From an uncultured Candidatus Saccharibacteria bacterium (GTDB taxonomy: Bacteria > Patescibacteriota > Minisyncoccia > Minisyncoccales > PEYH01): DNA of 64,000 nt. Within the stretch, counting starts at the first letter, position 1. The number at the start of each line of letters is the position of its first letter. Positions 63,186-64,000 of this stretch are shown here, piece after piece. The stretch lies in NCBI GenBank assembly GCA_964616145.1, contig CAZTRD010000003.1, forward strand, positions 5,892 through 69,891, written 5' to 3'. Both the position numbers and the translations under genes were made by a program. A model generated the notes under the pieces. It saw only the letters and a program-made list of their open reading frames with translations, was not told the DNA's origin and did not search any database.

Positions 63186-63659
63186 TTAATTTATTTTTAA
63201 TAATTCAACTTCAAAAATTAAAACGGAATTTGCCGGAATGGACCCTATAGGCGTACTTCCGTATCCATATTCCGGCTGTATTGTTAGTTTCCTTTTCTCT
63301 CCCACCTTCATTCCCAAAACTCCCATATCCCAACCCTTGATTACTTTTCCGGCTCCTAAAACAAATGAAAACGGTGTTCCTCTATCCACGCTAGAATCAA
63401 ATTTTATTCCATTTTCCAGAGTACCGGTATAATGTACTGTAGCCGTATCCCCATTTTTTATCTCCTGCCCACTCCCCTCTTTTAATATTTGAATGTCTAA
63501 TGGTTTTTTTGTTTCGTCTGTCATATCATTTGATATGTTTATTTGTATATTTTGCCAGCCATCGGGATTAGTTTCTTTATTATATGTAAAAATGAATATG
63601 ATTATCCCTATTACAAAACCAATAGAGATAAGTAAAAGAATATACCAGTTCCTTTTCAT
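63186..63659 (-). CDS. FKBP-type peptidyl-prolyl cis-trans isomerase (membrane-anchored)
   Basis: '[65 protein letters not shown]' is the FKBP core. N-terminal TM helix. Confidence 0.9.
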   Translation of the reverse strand: MKRNWYILLLISIGFVIGIIIFIFTYNKETNPDGWQNIQINISNDMTDETKKPLDIQILKEGSGQEIKNGDTATVHYTGTLENGIKFDSSVDRGTPFSFVLGAGKVIKGWDMGVLGMKVGEKRKLTIQPEYGYGSTPIGSIPANSVLIFEVELLKIN

Positions 63660-63876
63660 ATTGTTTTGTTAATAATAGCTCATTCTAGCAGAAAACCATC
63701 TATTGTTTAAGGGGCTTGGATATATTGGAATTCCAGGGGCCTTTTTTCTGTTTTGTTCAGAATAATCCAGATGCAAGAGAAGACAAACATAGCTATTAGA
63801 AATATCAAAAACCCCAAGTATATTTTCTCTCTATACTGTTTGACTATTTTTTTGATTTCTGCTAATATTTTCATAT

Positions 63877-64000
63877 ATGTCAAAGACAAAAGCTTCAGGA
63901 ACAACTAGTTTGGGGAGAGATTCCCGCCCCAAGTACCTTGGCATTAAAGCCAGCGGAGGACAACCTGTTAAAGCAGGTATGATTATTGTCAAACAAAGAG
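63877..64000 (+). CDS. rpmA: 50S ribosomal protein L27 (5' part; runs off the window)
   Basis: ATG 63877 gives [41 protein letters not shown], matching the L27 pattern (GST.NGRDS..KRLGVK..GG..V.AG.IIVRQRG). Confidence 0.85.
   Translation, partial: MSKTKASGTTSLGRDSRPKYLGIKASGGQPVKAGMIIVKQR

Noticed and set aside
63707-63904. A 65-aa ORF on the minus strand.
   Set aside because: Its 5' end overlaps the rpmA start (63877). Even the internal Met (63874) would leave only 2 bp between divergent start codons, with no room for promoters. It is possibly a small membrane peptide, but there is no supporting signal, so I did not call it.
1-64000. A search by eye for CRISPR arrays, tRNA/rRNA genes, transposases and IS elements.
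   Set aside because: I saw no regularly spaced direct repeats, no tRNA-like T-arm/acceptor patterns, no rRNA-like conserved blocks and no transposase-like ORFs. A proper tRNAscan, Infernal or ISfinder run would be needed to be certain.

Overview
This window is a low-GC, gene-dense stretch of bacterial chromosome, mostly on the + strand. Hand counts of a few 60-nt lines give about 27-37 % GC. The gene content fits a Patescibacteria/CPR (Parcubacteria-like) genome, which is an inference. Supporting features are ADP-forming acetyl-CoA synthetase, archaeal-type ApgM, EndoQ, an AspRS without the GAD domain, an archaeal-type ValRS, a minimal mraY/murD/ftsW/murG set, many 4-bp start/stop overlaps and few Shine-Dalgarno sequences. 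The genetic code looks standard (TGA, TAA and TAG all terminate recognisable genes).

Housekeeping content:
- xseAB, rarA, tgt, truB, a UvrD-type helicase-nuclease and ftsZ
- trxB, eno, apgM, acd, ppsA
- trpS, valS, aspS, gltX
- a D-Ala-D-Ala carboxypeptidase, mraY, murD, ftsW, murG, an FKBP isomerase and the start of rpmA

Accessory or unusual content:
1. An OLD-family nuclease plus a small DNA methyltransferase lie at the left edge.
2. A complete SAM-I riboswitch drives an unknown 141-aa ORF, followed by a decayed metK relic.
3. A membrane-anchored serpin sits next to a PDZ protein.
4. A 2.6-kb island is bracketed by a 103-bp direct duplication of the rarA 5' end, and the two copies differ only at synonymous sites.
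5. Most striking are five sharply bounded islands of about 52-57 % GC between 8.07 and 21.31 kb. Each is a self-contained promoter / strong SD / one ORF / GC-rich terminator cassette encoding a protein I cannot assign to any family.
6. A six-gene insertion lies between mraY and murD. It holds a PP-loop-like protein, a Wzy_C/O-antigen-ligase-like TPR protein and four secreted or anchored surface proteins. One of those is interrupted at an A10 tract.
7. A degenerate tyrosine-recombinase paralogue with an extra C-terminal domain sits next to a canonical Xer-type recombinase. A promoter-plus-terminator unit that could encode an ~84-nt sRNA follows.

I found no rRNA, tRNA, CRISPR array or transposase. 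All functional calls rest on motifs read by eye; no database search was possible.
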